Source: a virus
Strand: one strand, 5' to 3'
IMG/VR virus record: IMGVR_UViG_3300031993_000003
DNA: 64,000 nucleotides
Position 1 is the stretch's first letter. Each line of letters opens with the position of its first letter. The position numbers and the translations under genes are program-made. Positions 56,131-64,000 of the stretch are shown here, in pieces. The notes under the pieces are model-generated. The model did no database searches. It saw nothing but the letters and a program-made list of their open reading frames with translations, and had not been told where the DNA came from.

Positions 56131-57252
56131 ATGTACGAGGAAAAAATAAGCCTTGAAGAAATCATAAACCCGGAACATTTCCCTAATAGTTTCCTTAGGC
56201 GTAAGGGACGAGAATGCCTGCTGACTGCAGTTTCCGGAATAGGATACATGCCGTTGGCGAAGCTTGTCAGTGTAGGCATACGGTTCTACGGCGTGGCATT
56301 ATATCATGCACTCGATGAATACTACCTTTCCTGCCGGTACCAGCTCCCGGAGAAGCACGCGCTGTACCGGGAGAGGAACCGGGAGGTAGAGGTAGCCAGG
56401 ATATATTCGGAAAAGTCGACGGCAGCAACGAAGTATGCCATACAAGGGGTGAATCTCGACTTTGATAGCATCAGTGAGCCGATACTGCCGGAATATTGTC
56501 TTAAGCCGTGCAAGTGGCTAACATACAGCTTTACTGACTCGTTCGAGACGGTACTCAAGGGACTCGACTATTTCCATGTTTCCGTGCCGAGAATTGTACG
56601 AAGCCTTAATACGCTCGCTGACCAGTGCATACTGAAATACCTGCATGTTGACAAAGGACCGGGTTACAAGGGAATTGATGGCATCGTTCAGAACTATCTG
56701 CGCCGAGTCAGGATGAAGTACCCGGATTCCATCGCGGTCAGGGTGCGCCTGATGGACAAGTACGTATATGCATACGTCGACAAACTGGGATTCACAATGT
56801 ATCTGGTAAAAGGCAGGCCGGGCATAACCATTTCCAGTGTTGATATGTCCGCACGACTGCTTCCGCATGATTGCGACATGATTCGCAGGTTCATGGAGTT
56901 CTGTCGACTGGCCCCGGGAATAGAGCACATGAACAATGCCGCCCGCGATGCCCTGTTCGATGCGTTTGTCGGCTGGGGAATAACCGTGAATGTGGACGAG
57001 CGGATGAACGAGCACGGCGAGATGAACCACGTGAAGTTCGAAGGCAATGCATCGCAGGAAATGACACTGCACAACGACGAGCATCTCTACCGGTGGACCC
57101 TGGAAGATGCCTGTACCGGCCGGTGGTCCCGTGTTGCTTACGGGAAGAGGAACGGGAGACCCCGGGAGTTTCCGGGAGACAAGACGCTGTTCCTGAACGA
57201 CGCCACGCATGACCTGATTCACGACGTCTGTCACCGTATAATGACCGAGTAA
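56131..57252 (+). CDS. Hypothetical protein
   Basis: 373-aa ORF. Confidence 0.75.
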   Translation: MYEEKISLEEIINPEHFPNSFLRRKGRECLLTAVSGIGYMPLAKLVSVGIRFYGVALYHALDEYYLSCRYQLPEKHALYRERNREVEVARIYSEKSTAATKYAIQGVNLDFDSISEPILPEYCLKPCKWLTYSFTDSFETVLKGLDYFHVSVPRIVRSLNTLADQCILKYLHVDKGPGYKGIDGIVQNYLRRVRMKYPDSIAVRVRLMDKYVYAYVDKLGFTMYLVKGRPGITISSVDMSARLLPHDCDMIRRFMEFCRLAPGIEHMNNAARDALFDAFVGWGITVNVDERMNEHGEMNHVKFEGNASQEMTLHNDEHLYRWTLEDACTGRWSRVAYGKRNGRPREFPGDKTLFLNDATHDLIHDVCHRIMTE

Positions 57253-57268
57253 GAATTGGCTACTACGG

Positions 57269-57300
57269 AAAAGGACCGGGAAAGTTCCCGGTCCTTTTTT
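57269..57300. terminator. Bidirectional intrinsic terminator
   Basis: aaaaGGACCGGGAAagTTCCCGGTCCtttttt between convergent genes. Confidence 0.85.
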
Positions 57301-57319
57301 GGTCTATCATGAAGAATTG

Positions 57320-58504
57320 CTAGGAGCATGCCTGCTTGATGGCAGTGCGGATTACCTTCTTGCGGACAATCCAGAGCATCATGCGGAGTGCCAGCGTATC
57401 CTCGGCCGGACGGTACGGCCAGCGGGTGTTTGCGGCTTCCCAGTCGTTGGAGTTCTCCACAAGCCTGCCGAGGTTCTCCGGGTGCAGAGTGGTAAGCTCG
57501 TCGGAAAGCAGTATGCAAATCCGGTCAATGAGCAGGTATCTAGTTCCGACGAACTCTGAAACCAGCCCGTGCCTTACTTTGTCGAAGTCCGGGCCGTGCT
57601 TTACGAGGTGCGACACGAATTCGGCCACGTTACGGATTGCCTTGGCGAGACCGGGCAGACGGTCCTGGATGAAAGCCCACCTGGCTCCCGGAGAATGCGG
57701 GTGTGCCAGCTCGTACAGTTCGTCGGTCAGTTCCGTCTTCGGCGTGCTCCCGTGGGTCATCAGTCCGAGGCGGTAGTACCCGTTGAGTGCTAGGATTGCG
57801 TTAGGGAGGTCCTTGTCGCACTTCATGAGGGACCTTGCCCATTCCTTGTCGATATTGCTCCAGGAACGGTCGGAATTGCAGATATCGACGTACTTCTGTG
57901 TGAACGTGAAGGCCTTGGCGTAGTTCTTGAGTTCCTTGTAGGTGTTCTTGTAGAGGAAGCGTTTCGCGAGGGACTCGTGCTGCCAGGCGAGGACGTGTCC
58001 GGCGGCACGCCCGTAGTACCTGCGGACCTTGTCGAGTACCCTGTCGGTCACGTAGGACAGTGCTCCAGGCGCATTGTCGTTGTCGAGCACGGTCTTGAAC
58101 GGGAGGTACTTCTCCTTGTGCTCGATTTTCCATATGAGTTCCCGTACCTTAGCGGCAATCTCGCTTTCGCATTTAGGGTCCTCGTTCACCGAGTATTTCT
58201 TGAGGAGGATATGCGTGGGGTCTACCGGGACCGCTTGAATATTCGGTTTATCCTGTGAGGGGGCATATTCCCATATTACTCGCGCATCGAACCCAACAGA
58301 TGGATTCTCCAGTGCCCCGAGTTTGTTTGCCCATGCAGCAGCTTTAAGCGCCATATCCCTAGTAGGATAACGTTCGGCGTAATTTAAGTCATCGGTAAAG
58401 GTCTTGATGTCCTTTCCGGCACCGAGAAGACTGAGCCTGGAGGCGACGTAAGAGCGTTTTCCCTCTCGGGTGATGCGAACCAGGTAAGTATATTGATTTG
58501 CCAT
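57320..58504 (-). CDS. Hypothetical protein
   Basis: Start MANQYT with AAAGGA RBS, downstream of TATATTTG. Confidence 0.8.
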   Translation of the reverse strand: MANQYTYLVRITREGKRSYVASRLSLLGAGKDIKTFTDDLNYAERYPTRDMALKAAAWANKLGALENPSVGFDARVIWEYAPSQDKPNIQAVPVDPTHILLKKYSVNEDPKCESEIAAKVRELIWKIEHKEKYLPFKTVLDNDNAPGALSYVTDRVLDKVRRYYGRAAGHVLAWQHESLAKRFLYKNTYKELKNYAKAFTFTQKYVDICNSDRSWSNIDKEWARSLMKCDKDLPNAILALNGYYRLGLMTHGSTPKTELTDELYELAHPHSPGARWAFIQDRLPGLAKAIRNVAEFVSHLVKHGPDFDKVRHGLVSEFVGTRYLLIDRICILLSDELTTLHPENLGRLVENSNDWEAANTRWPYRPAEDTLALRMMLWIVRKKVIRTAIKQACS

Positions 58505-58558
58505 ATGGTATTCCTTTTTTCTCCCAAATATAGCAAAAAATACGATAAACTGTAGAAC

Positions 58559-59728
58559 ATGAGCGCGAAATCCGTCATAGAGGCAGCTTCCGGTGCCTAC
58601 CGGTGCATTTTCGGGGAGGAAATGCCGGATTCCCTGGTGGAGGGGATATCCGCCGACAGCCGCTGCACCTACTGCCACGAGTACTATACCGGGGATGCCC
58701 GGGAGCTTTGCCACGCGGCGAAGGACGGAGATATCGATGCAATCATGCGGATGGCACGGGAGATGTGCCGCTACGTGTCCCCCGAAGACATACTGGTGCC
58801 CGTACCGTCCCATACCGGACGCGCCACGATGACGCTGGAACTAGCCAAGCAGATTGCGTGGAACTCCGGAGCCCGCGTCGAGGACGTACTCGTGGGAAGC
58901 TCCCGGAAGTCCCTGTACGAGCTCAAGAAGGAAGGTGTGGAAGTTCCCGAGGGATTCTTCGGTCTGCGACTCGTCCGCCCAGTGGAAGGAAGGATATGGC
59001 TGGTGGACAACGTGGTGGCCACCGGGAGCACCGCCCGGGAGGCACTGAAGCTGCTGCCGGGTGCACACGTGCTGGCATACGCGATGGACACCGGGAAGTA
59101 CCGGACGATGACCGAGTCCTACACGGACGACATCGCTGCAGTGGCCAGGCGGATAAAGGGAGGCGAGGAACCGAACTTCACCCACCACCGGTACATGCTC
59201 AACAAGTGGATGGTACACTACTCGCCCGATGCCTATACCGTGGCACAGGACGGTTTCAGGTACGCGAGGCATCCGGGGGACGAAATGTCCGTCTCCCTGG
59301 AGACTGACCCGGAATCGCCGGACTACCTGAAGAACGTGGGCATAGACGGGAACATCGTCTTCGCCTTCCCGATGGCCGACGAATTCGACGACCCGCACTA
59401 CGTGGCCTATGACGGTAGCCCGAGCTGCACCGGCAGGGGCGCCGCCGTGTTCGTCGGTTCCGGCGAGTACGTCAACAGCGCGTTCGAACAGGAGGACCAG
59501 GTCATCGTCGACAAGCGAACCGTCCATGGAGCCCTCTATGTCAACGAGAGGGGCGACGTGTTCGGCTCCCCGAGACGACCGGGTGACTCCGGGAGGATAC
59601 GCCGGGGGCTACCGGGAGATACGTACAAGGAAGGGTTCCGCTGGATTGCGGACAACCAGGAAAAGGCTATCGACCGTATGTTCCAGTGGGACAACCTGGG
59701 GACTGTACCGTCGGTAAACCCGATATAG
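58559..59728 (+). CDS. ComF-like phosphoribosyltransferase domain fused to unknown C-terminal domain
   Basis: LVPVPSH and IWLVDNVVATGSTA PRT loop. Confidence 0.8.
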   Translation: MSAKSVIEAASGAYRCIFGEEMPDSLVEGISADSRCTYCHEYYTGDARELCHAAKDGDIDAIMRMAREMCRYVSPEDILVPVPSHTGRATMTLELAKQIAWNSGARVEDVLVGSSRKSLYELKKEGVEVPEGFFGLRLVRPVEGRIWLVDNVVATGSTAREALKLLPGAHVLAYAMDTGKYRTMTESYTDDIAAVARRIKGGEEPNFTHHRYMLNKWMVHYSPDAYTVAQDGFRYARHPGDEMSVSLETDPESPDYLKNVGIDGNIVFAFPMADEFDDPHYVAYDGSPSCTGRGAAVFVGSGEYVNSAFEQEDQVIVDKRTVHGALYVNERGDVFGSPRRPGDSGRIRRGLPGDTYKEGFRWIADNQEKAIDRMFQWDNLGTVPSVNPI

Positions 59729-59753
59729 AAATTATGATGCACAAGGAGAAACG

Positions 59754-60401
59754 ATGAGCATCTACGTGGTAGGTTCCAGCAGGAACAAGTTCCTACCGCT
59801 GGACGACATCAGGACCAAGTTCCTGGTGGACCAGAAGCATGACGGCCCGAACATCGACGGGCTCAACCCGATGTTCTGCGAGCTGACCGGGCTGTTCTAC
59901 ATGTGGAAGAACTGCAATGACGACATAGTTGGCCTGGAGCACTACCGGAGGTACCTGTCAGTCGACGGGAGGACACCGGTAGGAAGGAAGAAGATTGAGG
60001 AACTGCTAGACAATTCGGACGTGCTTACCATCGACATAGAATACCGCAACAGACCGATAATGAGCTACTTCTGGATGTCCAAGCCGGACCTGGCACCCAT
60101 ATTCAAGGACTACGTCACCCACCTGGGCGCCGTAATAGACCCGAAGTATGCCAGGCACTGCGAGGACTACCTCAACGGGCACCACCATGTGCTTGGCAAC
60201 ATGTTCATTTCCCGTAGGGAACTCATGGACGAGTACTGCAAGTACCTGTTCGGGACCCTGATGAGCTTCAATGCCTTCCGGATGCATACCGGGAGGCCGG
60301 TACTCCCGCGCATGTTCGGGTACTTCTCCGAGTTCCTTTTCGGATGCTACCTGGAATGGTCCGGGAGGCGCCGGCATGACCTGCGCCTGCTGATGATTTA
60401 A
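59754..60401 (+). CDS. DUF4422 family (polysaccharide biosynthesis, glycosyltransferase-like)
   Basis: NIDGLNPMFCELTGLFYMWKN..DIVGLEHYRR...NMFI...YCKYLF...RMFGYFSE. Confidence 0.85.
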   Translation: MSIYVVGSSRNKFLPLDDIRTKFLVDQKHDGPNIDGLNPMFCELTGLFYMWKNCNDDIVGLEHYRRYLSVDGRTPVGRKKIEELLDNSDVLTIDIEYRNRPIMSYFWMSKPDLAPIFKDYVTHLGAVIDPKYARHCEDYLNGHHHVLGNMFISRRELMDEYCKYLFGTLMSFNAFRMHTGRPVLPRMFGYFSEFLFGCYLEWSGRRRHDLRLLMI

Positions 60402-60428
60402 TCGACAACGTCGACCGAGGCTGGACTA

Positions 60429-60722
60429 CTAGTCATCGAATAGGTCAGGCTGGTCCATCTCACCGCCGTACACCCAGCAGTTATACAGGATGGACTTCAC
60501 GCATCCCCACTGGGCTCCGGTACCGCCCTCGGTATCGCACTCGCAGGACACCTTCCACATTCTCTTGCGGGCATAGTGGTCTGGATTTTCCGGCTTTACC
60601 TCGTCGATTTACTTCTCGAGATAGTCCATTATCTTCTCGGCCCATGTGAAACAGTAACGGCCATAGCCGTCCTTGTTCTTGGCCTTCCATTCTTCGTATT
60701 TTTGCTTGTCCTTCAGTTTCAT
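60429..60722 (-). pseudogene. Phage hypothetical gene with in-frame TAA
   Basis: GGAGA RBS; continuous 97-codon frame broken only by TAA at 60609-60611. Confidence 0.65.
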
Positions 60723-60734
60723 GGTATGTTCTCC

Positions 60735-61055
60735 TTATTGGTTGAGTGGTATCTGTTTCAGAATTTCCCGTACCTTCCCGGCAGGCTCCCTGCACTTGTC
60801 GTCGTGGTACAGGTAACCATCGTATCCGACACTAAGTAGCTCGGCAAGTGCAACCGAGAGCATTACGGGGTCTTCCGGGAGGCGGAGGGCGTCTTTTCCC
60901 CATGCGGCATATAGCTGATGTTTCGCATCATGCTTGACAGCGGAATTTACGGCGGTTTCGTGCCCGGTCGTATTCCGGGCATTCCTGGACTTCAATGCCG
61001 AGATTCGCCGGGATATGGCTATTCGGTTGAGTACATTGCTGTGTTTCATTGGCAT
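60735..61055 (-). CDS. Hypothetical protein
   Basis: ORF within operon. Confidence 0.6.
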   Translation of the reverse strand: MPMKHSNVLNRIAISRRISALKSRNARNTTGHETAVNSAVKHDAKHQLYAAWGKDALRLPEDPVMLSVALAELLSVGYDGYLYHDDKCREPAGKVREILKQIPLNQ

Positions 61056-61078
61056 TTTTATTCCTATGAAAAATTAAA

Positions 61079-61303
61079 CTAGGCTCCAGAAGTTTTCTTT
61101 CCAAATGCCATCCTGAGTGGCAGGTTGACGTCCAGTAGCCTATTGTTGAGGTTCCAAGTAATGCGCTCGTACTTCCGTTCCTTCTTGCTGCGGAACTTCT
61201 TCCGGAGCATCACGTTGTGCACGTGGTTATACCGGTGGTCGATGTAGTGGTAGCCTAGCCAGCAGTCTCCCTGCTTGTATTTGGGGGACTTGCTGAAAAT
61301 CAT
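61079..61303 (-). CDS. Small basic protein
   Basis: ATGA coupling. Confidence 0.65.
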   Translation of the reverse strand: MIFSKSPKYKQGDCWLGYHYIDHRYNHVHNVMLRKKFRSKKERKYERITWNLNNRLLDVNLPLRMAFGKKTSGA

Positions 61304-61911
61304 GCGGTTACCGTTCTGCCGACGCTGACAGTGTTCACGATTTCATGTATCTGGATATCCGTACAGTCATTCTTCTTCAGGATATCAACCCTATCGAGTG
61401 CCTCGCTAAACAACTGATAATGTGTGGCTTCGGACAATCGCGTACTGAAATTGCCATATGCGCCTTCAGCGAAGAACCACCTGGTGCCACCAGGGTAGTT
61501 GATAGCACTGATTGCATACTCCGTAGTAGTAACGGTCTGGCCGGTTATATCGATTATAGCCTTTCCGGTGATTACTGTTTTCTCCATATCGTCCTCGCTT
61601 CCAATGATTGGTTTCCAGCCCGTTGATTTTAGTGTAGGCTGTTGCCCTAGAAGTGTAGCATGCACTTCGAACGTCACCACGTTGATTGTACCTGGGCAGT
61701 ACTTATCCAGTACATGATGTTCTTGTAGATAGGTACGGTACTTTACCGCAGCGCCATATGTGCCAAACCACTTTGCGTTAAGCGGGTCGGTAACGATGGA
61801 CTTGTCATCTCGAACGTATACAATCTCGGTATTCTCGAAATTCTTCGGCCGTAGAAACTGTACCACGTGGATATATTTCTGGCCCTGGTATGGTGCGTTA
61901 TCTACGCTCAT
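61300..61911 (-). CDS. Hypothetical protein with internal duplication
   Basis: Start MSVDNA, ATGA coupling. Confidence 0.7.
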   Translation of the reverse strand: MSVDNAPYQGQKYIHVVQFLRPKNFENTEIVYVRDDKSIVTDPLNAKWFGTYGAAVKYRTYLQEHHVLDKYCPGTINVVTFEVHATLLGQQPTLKSTGWKPIIGSEDDMEKTVITGKAIIDITGQTVTTTEYAISAINYPGGTRWFFAEGAYGNFSTRLSEATHYQLFSEALDRVDILKKNDCTDIQIHEIVNTVSVGRTVTA

Positions 61912-62267
61912 GTCGATACGTCCCCGGATACTGTAGTGACATGTCCTTTTATGTCTCCGCACACCTCAACGTCTCCGGAAACTGTCTCCACGTCTCCAGT
62001 TACATCATGCCCGATGCGTACAACTCCCGAAGTGGTGTTGACTGACCTGGCGTTCCCGGTTATGTTAACCTCGCCGGACGCGGTATCAACGGTATCCACG
62101 TTTCCTGCAATCGATATGGTAACGTTCTTGTCGTCGCATTCAACTTCATTACCGTCGATGATAACCTTGTTGTTCTTGATGCTAACCGTGGACCCGGTAT
62201 AGGTCTTTCCGTTGATGGTCACCGTATTTCCTACGATTCCCTTGATGATGGTATTCAGGATGCTCAT
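61908..62267 (-). CDS. Beta-strand repeat protein (DUF4097-like)
   Basis: Repeated T.SG.V units. Confidence 0.75.
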   Translation of the reverse strand: MSILNTIIKGIVGNTVTINGKTYTGSTVSIKNNKVIIDGNEVECDDKNVTISIAGNVDTVDTASGEVNITGNARSVNTTSGVVRIGHDVTGDVETVSGDVEVCGDIKGHVTTVSGDVST

Positions 62268-62959
62268 TTGTTCTCCTTAACTATCTCGCCCGGGGTATTC
62301 TTTTCCTCGTCAGGCATAGGCCATCTCCCCTTCATTATCGGGGTGCAGCGCCTATTGACGTCCCTGTGCCATTTCAGCAAAATTTCGTCATAATCAGTTG
62401 AGCGGACTATGTCAAGTAGAGTGGAATCGTCCCAGAACTTCATGTAGAACCATTCCTCCCGGGAGGTAACCGGTTTCGGCTCGTCCGCCTTGCACACGGT
62501 GTCGAACTTAATCGGTTTCGGGCCGGGGATGGCTGCTATCGCGCCAAGTGCCATGCTATATATAAAGGAGACACCATCGTCCTTGAACCATACGTCTTTC
62601 ATGTATAGAATATTCTTGTCTCGGTCAACCAGCTTTACCGTTATGCTGGGCTCGTGCGAGTATACCCCGAAGTTGAGTACATTGACCATTACGTCAAGTT
62701 CGTACTTGCCTCCTACGGTAAACCCGGATGTCCACTGGAATGTTGCATGGTCTCTGGTATGCTCCATCGCACCGGTATATACCTCGCCTAACTGAAGCCA
62801 CTTGCCGCCATGCTCGGTAGAATGCAGATTGCCCTTCTCCAGGCGTTTCCTGATTTCCAGCACTGCATCGTGCAATGTTTCCTGAACCGCCATGTTGAAT
62901 ATGTCAGGGTCGACGTCCTTGTTGTCCACTATAAGCTTGAGTGCCCTTTCCAGTTCCAT
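62264..62959 (-). CDS. Hypothetical protein
   Basis: GAGGA RBS after TATATTTG. Confidence 0.8.
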   Translation of the reverse strand: MELERALKLIVDNKDVDPDIFNMAVQETLHDAVLEIRKRLEKGNLHSTEHGGKWLQLGEVYTGAMEHTRDHATFQWTSGFTVGGKYELDVMVNVLNFGVYSHEPSITVKLVDRDKNILYMKDVWFKDDGVSFIYSMALGAIAAIPGPKPIKFDTVCKADEPKPVTSREEWFYMKFWDDSTLLDIVRSTDYDEILLKWHRDVNRRCTPIMKGRWPMPDEEKNTPGEIVKENK

Positions 62960-63033
62960 ATAATCCTCGCTCTTTCAACCAAATATAGCAAATTTCCATA
63001 GAACTGATGTAGTTTGCCTATCAGGAGGCAATC

Positions 63034-63399
63034 ATGGCACATTTTGAAATTATGGAAGAACCTACCGGTAGCATCCCGGATGCCCAGGACATGGTCCGTG
63101 CGCTGACCGACGAACTCCGCTATTCGAGGTTGTCCATGATGCAGGACATCTATAACCGGCATTCCGGCGAAGTCATCTCCCGGGACCTGCTGGACGGAAT
63201 AACGGCAGAAATCGAGGATACTCTCAGCAGGCAGCTGATGATGCCAAACGACTGCGACATGCACATGGCTGTCCAGTGCTTCGTCGCCCGTGCCATGTCC
63301 AGCCGACTGCAGAACCCGGACTGGCTATACGAATACATGGACGTGGAGCACGAACAGGCGCTGGTAGGGCTGCTTGGGGAGCTACCGGTAGCTATCTAG
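63034..63399 (+). CDS. Hypothetical protein
   Basis: AGGAGG RBS. Confidence 0.75.
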   Translation: MAHFEIMEEPTGSIPDAQDMVRALTDELRYSRLSMMQDIYNRHSGEVISRDLLDGITAEIEDTLSRQLMMPNDCDMHMAVQCFVARAMSSRLQNPDWLYEYMDVEHEQALVGLLGELPVAI

Positions 63400-63661
63400 G
63401 AAGTTCAACGTGGATTGGGATGTCCTGCTTCCCGATTGCTATCTCCCGGATTTTATGGCGTTCATCCATGGTAAGCTCCGGGACGAACCGGGAGGTCAGA
63501 TAGGACCTGCCTGTCCTGATGCAGTCAAGGAATAGACTGTAGTCGTTCCTGAGTTCACAAAGGAACTCCCGGTCGGTACCGAGGAACCTCCGCATCACTT
63601 CCCGGGGGACCTTGATTCGCCACGGTTCGGCAGGGATAAGGTCGTCGATGAAATAGCTCAT
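63392..63661 (-). CDS. Hypothetical protein
   Basis: ATGA coupling. Confidence 0.7.
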   Translation of the reverse strand: MSYFIDDLIPAEPWRIKVPREVMRRFLGTDREFLCELRNDYSLFLDCIRTGRSYLTSRFVPELTMDERHKIREIAIGKQDIPIHVELPR

Positions 63662-63993
63662 TCACGTTCCTTGATGCGGTTCAGTCTACCAATCCACTCC
63701 AGCGAGTCCTTGCGCCAGATTTCCTTCTTCACCGTGCATACCTGCTCGGACAGTCCCTCGCAACGGTAGACATATTCCCTATGCTTGAAGAAGCTGTCCG
63801 CCGCGCTCATGGTAAGGTTGTCAAACCGGGCAACGACTATGGCGGTCAGTATGCCCATGACCAATACCAGGCCGCCCATCAGGGCCGCTAGTGAGTGGTC
63901 CGGCTTCGGCTTGATAAGAGAATATATGGCAGCAACCAGGCCGATTACACCGATTGCCACCGGGAGGGCAAGTACTCCGTATACCGCTATCAT
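63658..63993 (-). CDS. 2-TM membrane protein
   Basis: Two hydrophobic segments. Confidence 0.7.
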   Translation of the reverse strand: MIAVYGVLALPVAIGVIGLVAAIYSLIKPKPDHSLAALMGGLVLVMGILTAIVVARFDNLTMSAADSFFKHREYVYRCEGLSEQVCTVKKEIWRKDSLEWIGRLNRIKERE

Positions 63994-64000
63994 TACTTTC

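Noticed and set aside
60609-60611. Stop-codon reassignment
   Set aside because: TAA, TAG and TGA all end well-supported genes; only one interrupted frame was found
1-64000. tRNA or rRNA genes
   Set aside because: No cloverleaf with T-loop GTTCRA or rRNA-like segment noticed by eye; a tRNAscan run would be needed to be sure

Overview
This window looks like part of a large (jumbo-type) phage or phage-like element. A Fibrobacter-like host is suggested by a Fib_succ_major/FISUMP protein and two SpoVG genes. No capsid, terminase, polymerase, integrase, tRNA, rRNA or CRISPR array is visible. It has three zones. (1) From 1 to 27.4 kb, about 55 short, mostly orphan genes lie on the minus strand as promoter-gene(s)-terminator cassettes. 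About 43 copies of a ~45-bp element, CCGG-N6-CCGG-N9(GAGCATCCC)-CCGG-N6-CCGG, separate them, and the terminators reuse the CCGG-N6-CCGG unit. Cargo includes a type IIG-like REase-MTase, RadC/JAB, SpoVG x2, DUF2958, DUF1281-like and pentapeptide proteins, plus two candidate ncRNAs. (2) From 27.4 to 28.1 kb is a non-coding junction with a G-quadruplex-type tract and duplications. (3) From 28 to 64 kb are mixed-strand operons driven by TGnTATATT promoters. This zone holds 21 small proteins with a shared N-terminal A-x-Y-hydrophobic-RR/RK leader on variable C-termini, Gly-rich repeat proteins, a Pth2 gene cut by an 88-bp IS200/IS605 mini-element, TnpB, HNH/GIY-YIG nucleases, patatin, an amino-MTase, an MFS transporter, a PRTase and DUF4422. 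All family names come from motif recognition by eye, not database searches. Most opposite-strand ORFs in the supplied track are GC-rich shadows.
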